This document shows positions 9,401-23,115 of a stretch of DNA of 64,000 bases, piece by piece. This stretch comes from Somniosus microcephalus (Eukaryota): positions 326,802,001-326,866,000 of the forward strand of contig CM126203.1 of assembly GCA_052327205.1 (NCBI GenBank), read 5' to 3'. Under the pieces are notes generated by a model. That model was not told the DNA's origin. It saw only the letters and a program-made list of their open reading frames with translations, and did no database searches. The position numbers and the translations under genes are program-made. Within the stretch, counting starts at the first letter, position 1; each line of letters opens with the position of its first letter.

Positions 9401-10540
9401 ATTTTGTCCCTCAGAATTTTTTCCAATAATTTCCCTACCACAGATGTTAGGCTCACTGGCCTGTAATTCCCTGGTTTATCCCTGCTACCCTTCTTGTATA
9501 ATGGTACTACATTAGCTGTTCTCCAGTCCTCTGGTACATCCCCTGTGGCCAGAGAGGTTCTGAAAATTTGTGTCAGAGCCCCTGCAATCTCCTCCTTTGC
9601 CTCCCACAGCAGCCTGGGATACATCTCGTCCGGGCCTGGGGATTTATCCACTTTTTGGCCTGCTAAAACCGCTAGCACCTCCTCCCTCTCGATGCTAATA
9701 TGTTCAAGTATGTCACAGTCCCCTTGCCCGATTTCTATGTCTGCATCGTCTCTCTCCATAGTGAACACAGATGCAAAAAATTCATTTAAAACCCCGCCTA
9801 CATCCTCTGGCTCTACACACAGATTGCCACTTTGGTCCCTAATGGGCCCTACCCTTTCCCTGGTTATCCTCTTGCCCTTAATATACTTATAAAACATCTT
9901 AGGATGTTCCTTTCTTACAAGCCCCTGTTATTTCTTGATTTATACTCTGTCCTACAGTGTAGCTAATGTTAGGGGGCCTATAGACTTCTCCCACCAGTGA
10001 CTTTCTTATCTCCACCCAAACTGATTCTATGTCTTCCTCTTCTGAGCCAATATCATTTCTCACTACTGCACTGATCTCATCCTTTATTAATAGAGCTGCC
10101 CCACCTGCTTTTCCTTTCTGCCTATCCTTCCGAAATGTCAAATACCCCTGAATATTCAGTTCCTGGCCTTGGTCACCTTGCAACCACGTCTCTGTAATGG
10201 CTATCAGGTCATACCCATTTATTTCTATTTGTGCTGTCAATTCATCTCTCTTGTTACGAATGCTGCGTGCATTCAGATAAAGAGCCTTTAATTTTGTCTT
10301 TTTACCATTTTTCCCTACTCTGACTCTATTTGCTGGTGCACACTTATGTTCGTATGCTCTGTCTCCTCCTGTCACACTCTGGTTATCATTACCCCTATCA
10401 CTACCCTGCACTATTGCCTTCTCCTTTCTCTTTGACTTTCTAAATTCCCCTTCACGTGAACCCTCCCCCCCCCCACCCGCCATTATTTAGTTTAAAGCCC
10501 TATCTACCGCCCTAGTTAAATCTGAGATTGCTAGCTTTTT
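6484..10540 (-). mobile_element. Degenerate CR1 (APE endonuclease to RT), split by a nested CR1
   Basis: LYLNARSIRNK...ITETWL (9899-10483) continues as IIMGDFNLHIDW near 8075, then RT motifs down to about 6484. Confidence 0.88.
8076..9898 (-). mobile_element. Young 5'-truncated CR1 with an uninterrupted 580-aa ORF2 part
   Basis: ORF 9897-8155 has all RT motifs (YMDFSKAFD, PQGSVLGP, FADD) and a CR1 3' tail. Confidence 0.95.
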
Positions 10541-10671
10541 GTTAACCAAAGGTATTAAGGAATATGGGCCAAAGGCGGGTATATGGAGTTAGGTCACAGA
10601 TCAGCCATGATCTCATTGAATGTCGGAACAGGCTCGAGGGGCAGAATGGCCTACTCCTGTTCCTATGTTCT

Positions 10672-11410
10672 TATCTGTGTCATCGGCAAATTTGGATATA
10701 TGGCTTTCTATGCCATCATCTAAGTCATTAATAAATACTGTGAATAGTTGAGGACCTACACAGATCCTGTCAATTTGAGTACCTACCCATTATCCCGACT
10801 GCCAGTCTCCTGCTGCTCAGCCAGTTTCCTAACCAGGTCAATAATTTGCCTTCAATTCCATGGGCTTCTACCTTAGTTAACAGTCTCTCATGTGGGACTT
10901 TATCAAATGCCTTCTGGAAGCCCATATAAATAACATCCATAGACATTTCCCCTGTCCACTATTTTAGTCAGCTCTTCAAAAAATTTTGACAGGCATGACC
11001 TACCTTTCACAAATCCATGCTGACTCTCTCTGATCAACTGAAAATTTTGAGGTGTTCAGTCACCCTATCCTTAATTATAGACTCTAGCAATTTTGACAAC
11101 AGATGTTAGGCTAACTGGTCTATAATTCCCTGGTTTCCCTCTTTCACCATTCTTAAATAGCGGAGTGAAATGCGCAATTTTGCAATCTAAAGAAACGGTT
11201 CCTGAATCGAGAAAACTTTAGAAGATTATAGTTGGAGCATCTGCAATATGCTCACCTACTTCCTTTAAAACCCTGGGATGGAAACCATCTGGTCCTGGGG
11301 ATTTGTCACTCTTTAGTGCCATTACTTTCTTCAATATAGTTATTTCACTTACGTTAATTTTATTGAGTCCCTGTCCCAGATTCAAAAGTAGTTGCCTTGG
11401 GATTTCCGGC
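10672..11410 (-). mobile_element. Old CR1 fragment
   Basis: KSDKSPGPDGFHPRVLKEV and decayed RT motifs. Confidence 0.75.
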
Positions 11411-11619
11411 ATGATATACTCTTATAACTGGGGGTACTCATCTCAGTGGTGCAAATTGTTGGTGTAGAGTACAGAAAACCTTGCACTGAAAGCAAGAAAG
11501 GAGGAGAAAAGCCCAATTAGCCCATTAAACCTCATTCCTTTGGTAGCCCAGCTCTCTCAGTTTAGCCTTCAGATGCATTTTGACTATCTCTAATGTTTGA
11601 CTATCTCTAACATTTAAGG

Positions 11620-13830
11620 CGTTATTTTACAACTTCCAAAAAATATATATTCCACTGAGAACAAAAGGGTGTAAAAGAAAAGACAGCCATCCGTGGCTAA
11701 GACTAAAAACAAGGGCATATAAGGTAGCCAAATCTAGTGGGAGGATAGAGGATTGGGAAAACTTTAAAAGACAGCAAAAAATAACAAAAAGATTAAGAAA
11801 GGGAAGATAGATTATGAAAGTAAATTAGCTAAAAACAGATAGTAAGAGTTTTTATAGATATATAAAAAGAAAAAGGGTGGCTAAAGTAAATGTTGGTCCC
11901 TTAGAGGATGAGACCGGGAAATTAATGGTGGGAAATATGGAGATGGCAAAAACACTGAATGAATATTTTATATCAGTCTTTACAGTAGAAGACACTAAGA
12001 ATATCCCAACACTGGACAAACAGGGGGCTAAAGGGGGGGGAGGAGCTAAACACGATCAAAATCTCTAAGGAAGTGGTACTCGGTAAAATAATGGGACTCA
12101 AGGCGGATAAATCACCTGGACCTGATGGCTTACATCCTAGGGTCTTGAGGGAAGTGGCGGTAGGGATTGTGGATGCATTGGTAATAATTTTCCAAAACTC
12201 CCTGGACTCGGCAAAGGTCCCGGCAGACTGGAAAACTGCTAATGTAACACCCTTATTTAAAAAGGGCAGTAGACAGAAGGCTGGAAACTATAGACCGGTT
12301 AGCCTAACATCTGTGGTAGGTAAAATTTTGGAGTCCATTATTAAGGAGACAGTAACAGGACATTTGGATAATCATAATTTAATAGGACAAAGTCAGCATG
12401 GTTTTATGAAGGGGAAGTCATGTTTGACAAATTTGCTGGAGTTCTTTGAGGAAGTAACATATAGGGTGGATAAAGGGGAACCAGTGGACGTAGTGTATTT
12501 AGACTTCCAAAAGGCATTTGACAAGGTGCCACACAAAAGATCATTGCTTAAGATAAAAAATCACGGGATTGGGGGTAATATTCTGGCATGGATAGAGGAT
12601 TGGCTATCTAACAGAAGGCAGAGAGTTGGGATAAATGGTTCATTCTCAGACTGGCAATCAGTAACTAGTGGTGTTCCGCAGGGGTCAGTGCTGGGTCCCC
12701 AACTCTTTACAATCTATATTAACGATTTGGAGGAGGGGACCGAGTGTAACATGTCAAAGTTTGCAGATGATACTAAGATGGGAGGGAAAGTAATGAGTGA
12801 GGAGGACATAAAAAACCTGCAAGGGGACATAGACAGGCTAAGTAAGTGGGCAGAGATTTGGCAGATGGAATACAATACTGGAAAGTGTGAGGTTATGCAC
12901 TTTGGCAGGAAAAATCGTAGAGCAAGTTATTATCTTAATGGCAAGAAACTGGAAAGTACTGAAGTACAAAGGGATCTGGGGGTCCTGGTACACAAAACTC
13001 AAAAGGTTAGTATGCAGGTGCAGCAAGTGATTAAGAAGGCCAATGGAATGTTGGCTTTCATTGCTAGGGGGATAGAATATAAAAATAGGGAGGTATTGCT
13101 TCAGTTGTACAAGGTATTGGTGAGACCGCACCTGGAATACTGCGTACAGTTTTGGTGTCCATACTTAAGAAAGGACATACTTGCTCTCGAGTCAGTACAA
13201 AGAAGGTTCACTCGGTTAATCCCGGGGATGAGGGGATGGACATATGAGGAGAGGTTGAGTAGATTGGGACTCTACTCATTGGAGTTCAGAAGAATGAGAG
13301 GCGATCTTATTGAAACATATAAGATTGTGAAGGGGTTGGATCGGGTGGATGCGGGGAGGATGTTCCCGATGATGGGTGAAACTAGAACTAGGGGGCATAG
13401 TCTTAGAATAAGGGGCTGCTCTTTCAAAACTGAGATGAGGAGGAACTACTTCACTCAGAGGGTGGTAGGTCCATGGAATATGCTGCCCCAAAAAGCTGTA
13501 GAAGCTACATCATTACATAAATTTAAAACAGAAATAGACAGTTTCCTAGAAGTAAAGGGAATTAAGGGTTACTGGGAGCGGGCAGGAATTTGGACATGAG
13601 TCTAGGTTCGGATCGGTCATGGCCCTGTGGGTAGCGGAGCAGGCCCAGGGGCCGTGTAGCCTGATCCTGCTCCTATTTCGTGTGTCTAATTCTGTTAGAT
13701 TCAGGAGATGGTTCTGTGATAGTGGATTGGCGGTTAGGATCAGATCAGCCATGATCTTATTGAATGGCGAAGCAGGCTCGAGGGGCCGATTGGCGTACTC
13801 CTGCTCCTATTTCCTATGTTCTTATGTTTT
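11620..13830 (+). mobile_element. CR1 LINE, 5'-truncated, with a 508-aa open RT region and doubled 3' tail
   Basis: ORF 12073-13599 has the RT motifs; two successive 3' stem-loop/tail units at 13600-13830. Confidence 0.95.
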
Positions 13831-14126
13831 TCTCCCTCCTACCTCATCTGGAAGATTACATTTGAATAAAGAAGTGTCCTAGCATCTGTTTTAAATTTAC
13901 TTTTCACCAGTTTAAATTGACATTCTCTGTTGCTGACATAATCTGCATTAATATTCAATGTTTACTACATATACCGTTTAATATTTTAGATACCTTGATG
14001 TAGTCCTTGCTGAACCAGCAACTTTTTTGACGAAAGTTTGAGGTTGTCTAATTTCTAATGCTTCAATCGCTTTACATTTAGGATCAAGCTTGTTACTTTT
14101 CTCTGCACCTTCTCCAACATATTAAT

Positions 14127-14839
14127 GGCCCGTAATTTGCAGTCACTGGCGAAGCAAAGGTGTTTGCCGCTGGCCTCGAAGAAAGCTGCCCACAAAGATC
14201 TCGCGATCTCTGTGGTGAGAAGGTTGCCTTTTTCGACGTTCAAGTGATTTCAGTGAAGTGCAGTGGGAATTCCCTAGTGCGATCTGCTGTGACGGCAACA
14301 AGCTGTCTGAGCAGCCAATCACAATGCAGCATTCTCAGACAGGGAACCAGGAAATGAGAAGCTACTTTTATCCGGACTTTTAAAAAAAAAAGTTACAGAG
14401 AGCAAAACAAAGGTTGGGGCTCTCACATGGGGATAAGGTAGATCCTAAAATATAAACAAACTTTTTCACAATGTTTTTTTTTAAAGTTCCTTAAAAATTG
14501 CATAATGGAGAAATTTGACAAATTTAAAGTTAGTTTTTCAGGGCCATAACGTTTGTCTAGCAGTCAATACACTGTTAAAACCCCAGTTACAAGGTCTAAC
14601 ATTTAATGGGGTATTTAACAGCGATATTACCATGGAAAAGCCCTTCAGTTTCACTGATTAAACTGATTGCTGGGAGGGGTCCACCGCACAGTGTCAGAGC
14701 AGTGAATGACTGACCGCAAATTCAGAATTTCCACGTTTAGATGCACGTGCGCTACATCCTGAAGTTGCGGTCAGTTTCAAAGGGGTAATAACAGTGAGCG
14801 GTGTTAGTTCGCCGTTATTACCCACTGCAAATTCCGGCC
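14127..14839. mobile_element. MITE
   Basis: TIRs GGCCCGTAATTTGCAGT / ACTGCAAATTCCGGCC. A related reverse copy lies at about 61740-62780. Confidence 0.7.
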
Positions 14840-15509
14840 CATTGTCTGTGATGTTGTGACCAGCAGTGAAGACAGTCCTCGAAGTACCCACTGCATCCAA
14901 CCCATGCTACACTTAACCAGAGAATGGATAATAGTGTGACTTGGAAGCAAAGTGGAAAAAAAAATTCCATTCTTTGGTACAGACATCCCTCATTTTTATC
15001 AACAAAGAAAACACTTAAAAAGAGATTTTTGTAGTGCAAACAGACCACAGGGATTGCAAACCACTGAAACACCTAGAGATTGAAAACTGTCTCTGTACAA
15101 AATTCTTAACAGTAATTTGAAGTAACCAAAAAATAAACAAGAGCTGAATCATACTGTCAGGCGCATAAATTTTTCATATTTTATCCACTTCAACCGTTTC
15201 AAAATACCCAAAAGAATAATGGAATTTGTTTTTCCAAATTGGTGTTGCTTCTAAAGAGATCATTTTGAGCTTGATAACACTTTGGTGAAGTACAGGCAAT
15301 GATTGTAAATGAGAGCACTGTTGATGAATTTAGAGCATCGTGCAAGGAGCATGACGCGCAATATTAAAGCGCACTAGGTCAAAGAAAACTTCTCCTATAG
15401 TGTATTGGCGCTAATACACTAAATCAGACAAACATAATTTAGATCATGTCTGTATTACAACCATGGTTTTATCATTAAACTAGAAATTCAAAGATGCTTT
15501 ACTATTTAC

Positions 15510-15653
15510 TTTTCTAATCTCTTCATGTTGTTCTGTGTGTTCGTCATCAAAGCTCTGCTGCACGGTTTGCAAGCTGAACAGCATCTGTTTGAGCGCTTCA
15601 ACTGGTCCGTGGTGCTTTCCTCCAGAAAATCCTGATGAACCAGGACGATTCCT
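15510..15653 (-). CDS. C18orf54: C18orf54/LAS2 coding exon (144 nt); not in the ORF track
   Basis: Acceptor gattttag|AGG. Encodes [48 protein letters not shown], containing the LAS2 motif [17 protein letters not shown]. Donor AAA|GTAAAT. Confidence 0.93.
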
Positions 15654-16659
15654 CTAAAATCAAAAAGAACAGGGCGCCGCTTTCATTTTACTTTGTGAGT
15701 GGAGGGAAGAGACGGGGGAAAACCTCAAAAGGAAAGGTTTACCTGCTTTGTATTTCACAGGAGAATGTTGACAATGCACAGCATGTCCATCTGCATTTTT
15801 AAGAGAAAGCGAAGGTCCCACCGAAAAAATGTTAACCTGTCTTTCTCTTTCAGATGCTGACTGACCCGCGGTGCATTGCCAGCTTTTATTTCAGATTCGC
15901 AGCTTCAGGTTTTTCCTTTTATCTTGTGTGTTTCAAAGGCTTAAGTATTTAAATCTTTTTTAAGTATATATGGCACACTGCCTTCTGGATGCCAACATTC
16001 AGTCGGACAATATATATTTTTGCCAGGAGAGTTACCACCACATCCGTTTTCAATCTAAATTGTTCCCCGAACCAGGACTGGGTCAAAATCCTGGAACTCC
16101 CTACCTAACAGCACTGTGGGAGTACCTTCACCACACGGACTGCAGCGGTTCAAGAAGGCGGCTCACCACCACCTTCTCAAGGGCAATTAGGGATGGGCAA
16201 TAAATGCTGGCCTTGCCCTCATGCCATAAAAACGAATTTAAAAATAAAGGACAGAATCAGGCCTTTCTGCCCATCAGGACAGGTGCTTTTCCCTCAGAAA
16301 TGAAACCTCTTCAAACCCACTTTCCTGCTTGCTCCCCATACCCAATAATATTCCTTTTTTCTCAACAACTATTTAATTCTCTTATAAAAGTACTTTGGGA
16401 CTCAGGTTCAACAATTATGTGCGGCCGAGAATTCTACATTCTAACTACCCCGTGTTGACATTTCTTCTAACCTCTTATTTAATTATTTTTGTCATTATAT
16501 TATTACTTCACATTTATCTACACTGAACTGTATACGCCACCCATCTGCTCACCTTGTTGATATAATCTATGTCCTCCTACAATCTTTCACTATCCTTATC
16601 GCAATGTGGTATATCCCCAGCAAATTTCAATATTGCCGCCTGAATTCTGAAGTCAAGTG

Positions 16660-17445
16660 TCAGTTTGGTTCTGTTGGTTGCACTCTCATCTAAGAAGGTT
16701 GTGGGTTCAAACATTCTAGTACTTCAGTACATCAGCTAGTCTGACACTTCAGTGCAATGCTAGAGTGCTGCATTTGTGGAGGTGCAATTTTTCAGATGAG
16801 TTTTGAAACCAAAGTCCCCCTTTTCCTGTTCAAGTGGAGATAAAAGATCCCATAGAAAGAAATAACTTACATTTATATAGCGACTTTCACATGATCAGGA
16901 CATCCCAAAGCAAATTACTATTTAAGTGTAAATACTATTGTTATGTAGGCAAACATGGCAGCCAGTTTGCATGCAGCAAAGTTCCCCAAAACAGCAATGA
17001 GATAAATGACCAGTTAATATGTTTTCATAGTATTATTTGAGGGATAAATGTTGACCAGGACAGAGAACTCCCCAACAATTTTCCAAATAGTGCCATGGGA
17101 TCTTTTACATTTACCTGAAAAGGCAGATGGGACCTCAGTTTAATGTTGCGTCCAAAATGCAGCACTGTCTCCGACATTGCAGACACCATGACATTATTTG
17201 AAGTGGAGTATGCCGTTCTCCTGGTGTCCTAGCCAACATCCATCCCTCAACCAACGCCATCAAAACAGATGAAGTGGTCGTTTATCTCGTTTAACGTTTG
17301 TGCAACCTTGCTGTGTGCACATTGACTGCCACTTGTGCCTATACAAAAGTGATTACACTTTAAAAGTAATTCATTGGCTGTGAAGTGCTCCGAGAGGGTT
17401 GGAGGATGTTTAAAAATGATATAAATGCTAATTCTTTCTTTCTAA
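16660..17445. mobile_element. Older SINE with an opposite-strand SINE nested inside (about 16855-17175)
   Basis: Same family motifs in both orientations. Confidence 0.65.
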
Positions 17446-17449
17446 ATGC

Positions 17450-18680
17450 AGATAGTTTATGTATAAAAAGGAGATCTCTGTGGAACACCACTCTTGAGAA
17501 ACCTCCTCCTAACGCCACTCTTTGCTTTCTGCTATCCAATCATTTATCATAATATATCCAAACATTATTCCTTAACTCCATGTTCCATTATTTTTGATAA
17601 ACGTCTCTTGTGTGGCAGTGTATCAAATGTTTTTGAAAATCTTTACAATCACATTCACTGCATTGTACTGAACTATCCTGTCATTTATTTTGAAGAATTC
17701 TATAAAGGTTGGTTAATATGACCTGTCTGCCCTGATAACTCCAAGTGCTTAGTAATTTCATCAGTCTTATAAACTTGTAGTTTACCAGCAACTGAAGAAA
17801 GATTAATTGGCCTAAAATTTTGGGGCTTACTCCAGCTTCCTTTTTGGAAAAATAGAAACACTTTTCTATCCTTTAGTCTTCTAGCACAACTTTCCTTTCC
17901 AAGAATGTTGGAATGTTATAATCACAGCCTACACAATTTCTTCTTCAGCATCTTTCAGGATCTTCAGACAAAACAACAGGTCCCAGTGATTTATCTACCT
18001 TAAGATTGATTAACTCTTCAGTAACCTTTCTCTTTCAATAATAGCCTCCACTAACTGTTCTACACTCTGTAGTGGTGGTTCAACAATTCCAATATCCAAC
18101 TCCTCTGAAACTGAGGCAACGCATTTATTCAATACCTCTTCCATTCCCTGGTTCCCCACTACAAGTTTGCTTCCTTCATCTCTTAGCAGTGCTACCTCCA
18201 TCTTGACTATCCTCTTTACTATCGATGTGCCTAAAAAAAGCCTTTTTATTAACTTTTTTTTGCTAATTTTCTCTTGTACTCCTCATCTTTCTCATAGCTT
18301 TTCTATATATTCTTTATATTTATTTTGGCTTTCATTTTTAAGTGCCTTTTATTTTAAAGTTGCAAATTTGATCTAATCTTCCTTTTCGTCCATGGATCTC
18401 CAGCTTTCAACATGCTCCCTGTTTCCTTTACTGAAATTTTGCTGACAATCACCTCTTTAAATATTTCCCAATACTTATCTATGGTTCCGTTTGCCAAATC
18501 TTTCTTCCATTTAATCTGAGCGAGGTTCTTTTTCTCTCGCTATAATTTACTTTTTTTCCAATGACCTATTGCATCATTGACTTTTCTTTTTCCTTTTCTA
18601 TTGTTACACTGAATCTATATTTCTGTCACTATTTTTCAAACAAACAATCTCCTACTTTTAGGATGCCAACTTGCTCCACC
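17450..18680 (-). mobile_element. Highly decayed CR1
   Basis: Residual ORF2 pieces such as LVVGNQGMEEVLNKCVASV. Confidence 0.5.
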
Positions 18681-19654
18681 TTACCCAGAATAAATTCAAA
18701 GTAGTGCTTCCTTGCTTAGAACCTGCCCCTTTCCCAGATCCTTCCTTTTCAAGTATTTACCCAATTTCATTTTACAGCATGTTGTAATCTCTACATCAAT
18801 TGTGGTAAACATGTCATACTAACCCTGAAAAAAATCTTTTTCTGCCTTCTACATCTAGCCCAAGAAAAAAAACTCTCCCCCAAGTCTCTTAAAATCACAT
18901 TCTTAAACTGCAAACTTTCTAGCCTTTGACCCTCCATTCACCGCAATACCTCTGCAGCTGTTGATCTACTCAACCACTCCTTCATCTTCACCTTCAATGC
19001 ACTCATTCCCAGCAAAGCACTCATTCCCAGCAAAGCCTTCACTGTTTCACATTCCTGTCATTGCTCTTGGTATAGCACCCATATTTGCTCCCTTAAGTGC
19101 AAATTTAAGCATACCTGGAGCACAACAGGCTTAGACATCCATCACCAGATCTATCTCAACTACAGTAAGTTCTATAGGGCCTCACACTCCTCTGTCAAAA
19201 CCACAGAGACTACTGTAGGATCATCTTGAAGCAAAATAGCCCAACCGCCCATCTTAAACTCCTCTCTTCCAAAAACAGGCCCAGACCAAAATTGAACCCC
19301 ATCTGTACAACTGGTTCTGCTGCTTCCCCCCAATTCCTTTGCCCATTAAACCAACGCCCCCCACCCCCCAGCCCGCTTCGCCCTCCTATTATAGCCAGGA
19401 GATGATACCAGCTCTATCTTTTTACCACCTCTCTCAACCTTCTCTCTAGTTGCTCTCCCATCTCCATCTTCCCCTGCTCTCCAAGTTCATTTGGACCATG
19501 AGACCTATCTCCTGTTCCCTCAATCCCTTTCCCACTAAACATCTGAACACCTAACTCATGCACACTGATATTATAAATGGCTTCCTCTCCTCAGGCACTG
19601 CCCACTTCAAAACTTCCATCAACCCCTCTTCAAAAATAAACACCTTCAACCCTT

Positions 19655-20503
19655 CAATAAATTGGTCAGGTGGGCAGAACAGTGGCAAATGGAATGCAAT
19701 CCGGAGAAGTTTGAGGTAATGCATTTGGGGCGGGCTAACAAGGAAAGGGAATACACATTAAATGGTAGGACACTGAGTAGCGTAGAGGAACAAAGGGGTC
19801 TTGAAGTGCATGTCCACAGATCCCTGAAGGTAGCAGGCCAGGTAGATAAGGTGGTTAAGAAGGCATACGGAATGCTTGCCTTTATTAGCCATGGCATAGA
19901 ATACAAGTGCAGGGGGGTTATGCTTCAACTGTATAAAACACTAGTTAGGCCTCAGCTAGAGTACTGCATGCAGTTCTGGTCACCACATTACAGAAAAGTT
20001 GTGATTGCACTAGAGAGGGTACAGAGGAGATTTACAAGGATGTTGCCTGGACTGAGAATCTTAGCTATGAGGTAGACTGGATAGGCTGGGTCTGTTTTTC
20101 CTTGGAACAGAGGAGGCTGAGGGGAGACCTTATTGAGGTGTATAAAATAATGAGGGGCATAGATAAAGTGGATAGAAAGGACCTATTTCCCTTAGCAGAG
20201 GGGTCAAAAACCAGGGGGCACAGATTTAAAGTAATTGGGGGAAGATTTAGAGGGGATTTGAGGGGAAATTTCTTCACCCAGAGGGTTGTGGGGGTCTGGA
20301 ACTCACTGCCTGAAAGGGTGGTAGAGGCAGGAACCCTAACCACATTTAAAAAGTACTTGGATATGCACTTGGGATGCTCTAACCTGCAGGGCTACGGACC
20401 AAGAGCTGGAAAGTGGGATTAGGCTGGATAGCTCTCTGTTGGCCGGCACGGACACGATGGGCCAAAATGGCCTCCTTCCGTGCTGTAACTTTCTATGATT
20501 CTA
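19655..20503 (+). mobile_element. CR1 3' fragment
   Basis: WAEQWQMECNPEK...LVRPQLEYC...NFFTQRVV followed by a TTCTATGA tail. Confidence 0.9.
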
Positions 20504-21029
20504 ACCCCTCTGTCCTTATTAACTACTATCTGATATGCAACTTTCTTTTCTTTCTCAGTGTCCTTAGATGTGTCGGGGTGAAAGTAACCCATGTCTGTTT
20601 GTTTGTAACGGTCATATTTGAAATGAGCTGAAGCAGCATCAGTTTAATTGTCAGTGGGCCCACAGCACAATACTGCTGCTAATTGAACACTAATTGGCAA
20701 TTTCACTCACAGATCCAACAGATTGGCTGATGAAGGAAATGGAAAAAAATGACAATCTGGTATAGTAGGGTGTACTCTTCTGATGTTGTGCTCTGGGCAC
20801 TTTTTGGAGCAGAGGGAGCTTTATTCTGTATTTAACCATGATATTCTGGAGTTGGGAGTGCTTGATATGATGCCAAAATAAGAAAGTATTCTACTTCCCA
20901 GAATTGACATCCCGCACTTTTGATGGGCACATCTTAAATATATACCAAATATTGAGAAACAAATATTGAGATCTTTCCACTCTATTGAATGAGAATCAGT
21001 GACCAGGCTGATTCTCCCTCTACACTAAC

Positions 21030-21135
21030 CTGATAGCCAGTATTTAAAAAGTCCTGAAGAGAGTCATCAATCAGAGCAGGGTTTGAAGCTTCAAGGCAAT
21101 CTTCTCCACTGTTGCCTACAGGCACCGGGGATTTG
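21030..21135 (-). CDS. C18orf54: C18orf54/LAS2 coding exon (106 nt)
   Basis: Acceptor tttatctag|C completes the Phe codon of PVTF-KSPVPV. Encodes KSPVPVGNSGEDCLE...LQDFLNTGYQ. Donor CAG|GTTAGT (phase 0). Confidence 0.9.
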
Positions 21136-21239
21136 CTAGATAAACAACAGGAAAAAAGGTTACAGGAGGAATTCAACAGCCAATTAATCACTGAAGATAA
21201 AACCTCAGATGCTCGCGTTCAAAGGCATCGAATCTTTTT

Positions 21240-22240
21240 TTTTTTTATTCGTTCCTGGGATGTGAGCATTGCTGGCAAGACCAGTATTTATTGCCCATCC
21301 CTAGTTGCCCTTGAGAAGGTGGTGGTGAGCCGCCTTCTTGAACCGCTGCAGTCCATGTGGTGAAGGTACTCCCAACAGTGCTGTTAAGGAGGGAGTTCCA
21401 GGATTTTGGCCCAGCGACGATGAAGGATCGGCAATATACTTCCAAGTTAGGATGGTGTGTATCTTGGTGTTCCCATGCGCCTGCTGCTCTTGTCCTTCTA
21501 GGTGGAAGAGGTTGTGGGTTTGGGAGGTGCTGCCGAAGAAGCCTTGGCGAGTTGATGCAGTGCATCTTGTAGATGGTACACACTGCAGCCACGGTACGCC
21601 GGTGGTGGAGGAAGTGAATGTTTAAGGTGGTGGATGGGGTGCCAATCAAGCAGGCTGCTTTGTCCTGGATGGTGTCGAGCTTCTTGAGTGTTGTTGGAGC
21701 TGCACTCATCCAGGCAAGCGGAGAGTATTCCATCACACTCCTTACTTGTGCCTTGTAGATGGTAGAAAGGCTTTGGGGAGTCAGGAGTTGAGACACTCGC
21801 TGCAGAACCCCTAGCCTCTGACCTGCTCTTGTTGCCACAGTATTTATGTGACTGGTCCAGTTAAGTTTCTGGTCAATGGTGACCCCCAGGATGTTGATGG
21901 TGAGGGATTCGGCGATGGTAATACCGTTGAATGTCAAGGGGCAGTGGTTAGACTCTCGCTTGTTGGAGATAGTCATTGCCTGGCACTTCTGTGGCGCAAA
22001 TGTTACCTGTCACTTATCAGCCCAAGCCTGAGTGTCGTCCAAGTCTTGTTGCATGCAGGCGTGGACTGCTTCATTATCTGAAGATTTGCATCTGGAACTG
22101 AACACTGTGCAATCATCAGCGAACATCCCCACTTCTGACCATGTGATGGAGGGAAGGTCATTGATGAAGCAGCTGATGATGGTTGGGACTAGGACACTGC
22201 CCTGAGGAACTCCTGCAGCAATGTGATGATTGACCTCCAA
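21240..22240 (-). mobile_element. Non-LTR retrotransposon 3' part (CR1/L2-group, distinct family)
   Basis: GVPQGSVL, MFADD and STIYKAQVRSVMEYSPLAW. Related pieces at about 16060-16240 and 46405-46880. Confidence 0.85.
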
Positions 22241-22704
22241 CCACCACAGAGTTTGGTCACGGTGATTGTCACAGCCAAACCTCACGACATTCACATATGC
22301 ACACTTTCCAGCAGGTGTCTGCATTTGGGGAGACCAACTATGTTGCTGAACATTTCTGTTGTGTCTTCATGCATGATCCTGATTGACTTCCATGTGGCTC
22401 ACTACTTCAATTCACTCTCCCATTACCACCCTGACCTTTCTATTTTTGACATCCGACTTTGCCTCAGCCAAGTGCAAATAAACTTCAGGAACACTGGGTG
22501 AGACAGTACAAAACTTCAGGAACGGTATCTCTTCAGCTTGCTGGAATTCGGTTGTCTGAATTCTGCCTTTAGCAACTTCATAAGAATAGGAGTAGGCTAT
22601 TCCGCCCCTCGAGCCTGTACTGCCATTCAAGTAGATCATGTAGGATCTGTATCTTAACTGCAGAACTTACCTATTCCTCCATTTCCTGTCAGTTTGTTCC
22701 ATTC

Positions 22705-23115
22705 GTAATAACAACAGAAAATGCTGGAAAAACTCAGCAGGCCAGGCAACATCCGTGGAGAGAAATTATAGTCGACGTTTCGGGTGAACCCTTTTTTAAA
22801 AACTGGAAAGGAAATGAAATAGATCGAAGGTAGGGCTGCGAAAGTACAAAATACATTAAGAGGTATTCAAAACCAGACGAGATGGTAATAGGACAGTGGA
22901 GACAAAAGACGGCTCAGATTAGGTGTGAAGTGTACTGGCAGGATGGGAGACAGCTGCCGTGTGGGAGAGAGAGAGAAAAGGAAAGGGGGGGGGGCGGGGG
23001 AGGTAAAACCCAAAACAAAGGGGTGGAAAAAAATATAAGTAAAAATGTAATAGGGGCCGAGGTTATGATCTGAAATTGTTGAACTCGATATTGAGTCCGG
23101 AAGGCTGCAAAGTGT
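22705..23115 (-). mobile_element. Penelope-like 3' end / terminal repeat
   Basis: Reverse-complement similarity to 27390-27765 (CCTTCCGGACTCAATATCGAGTTCAACAATTTCAGATCATAA). Confidence 0.75.

Noticed and set aside
8155-13599. The 580-aa and 508-aa RT ORFs as domesticated genes or active elements
   Set aside because: Both are 5'-truncated CR1 copies lacking endonuclease and ORF1; the open frames reflect young age.
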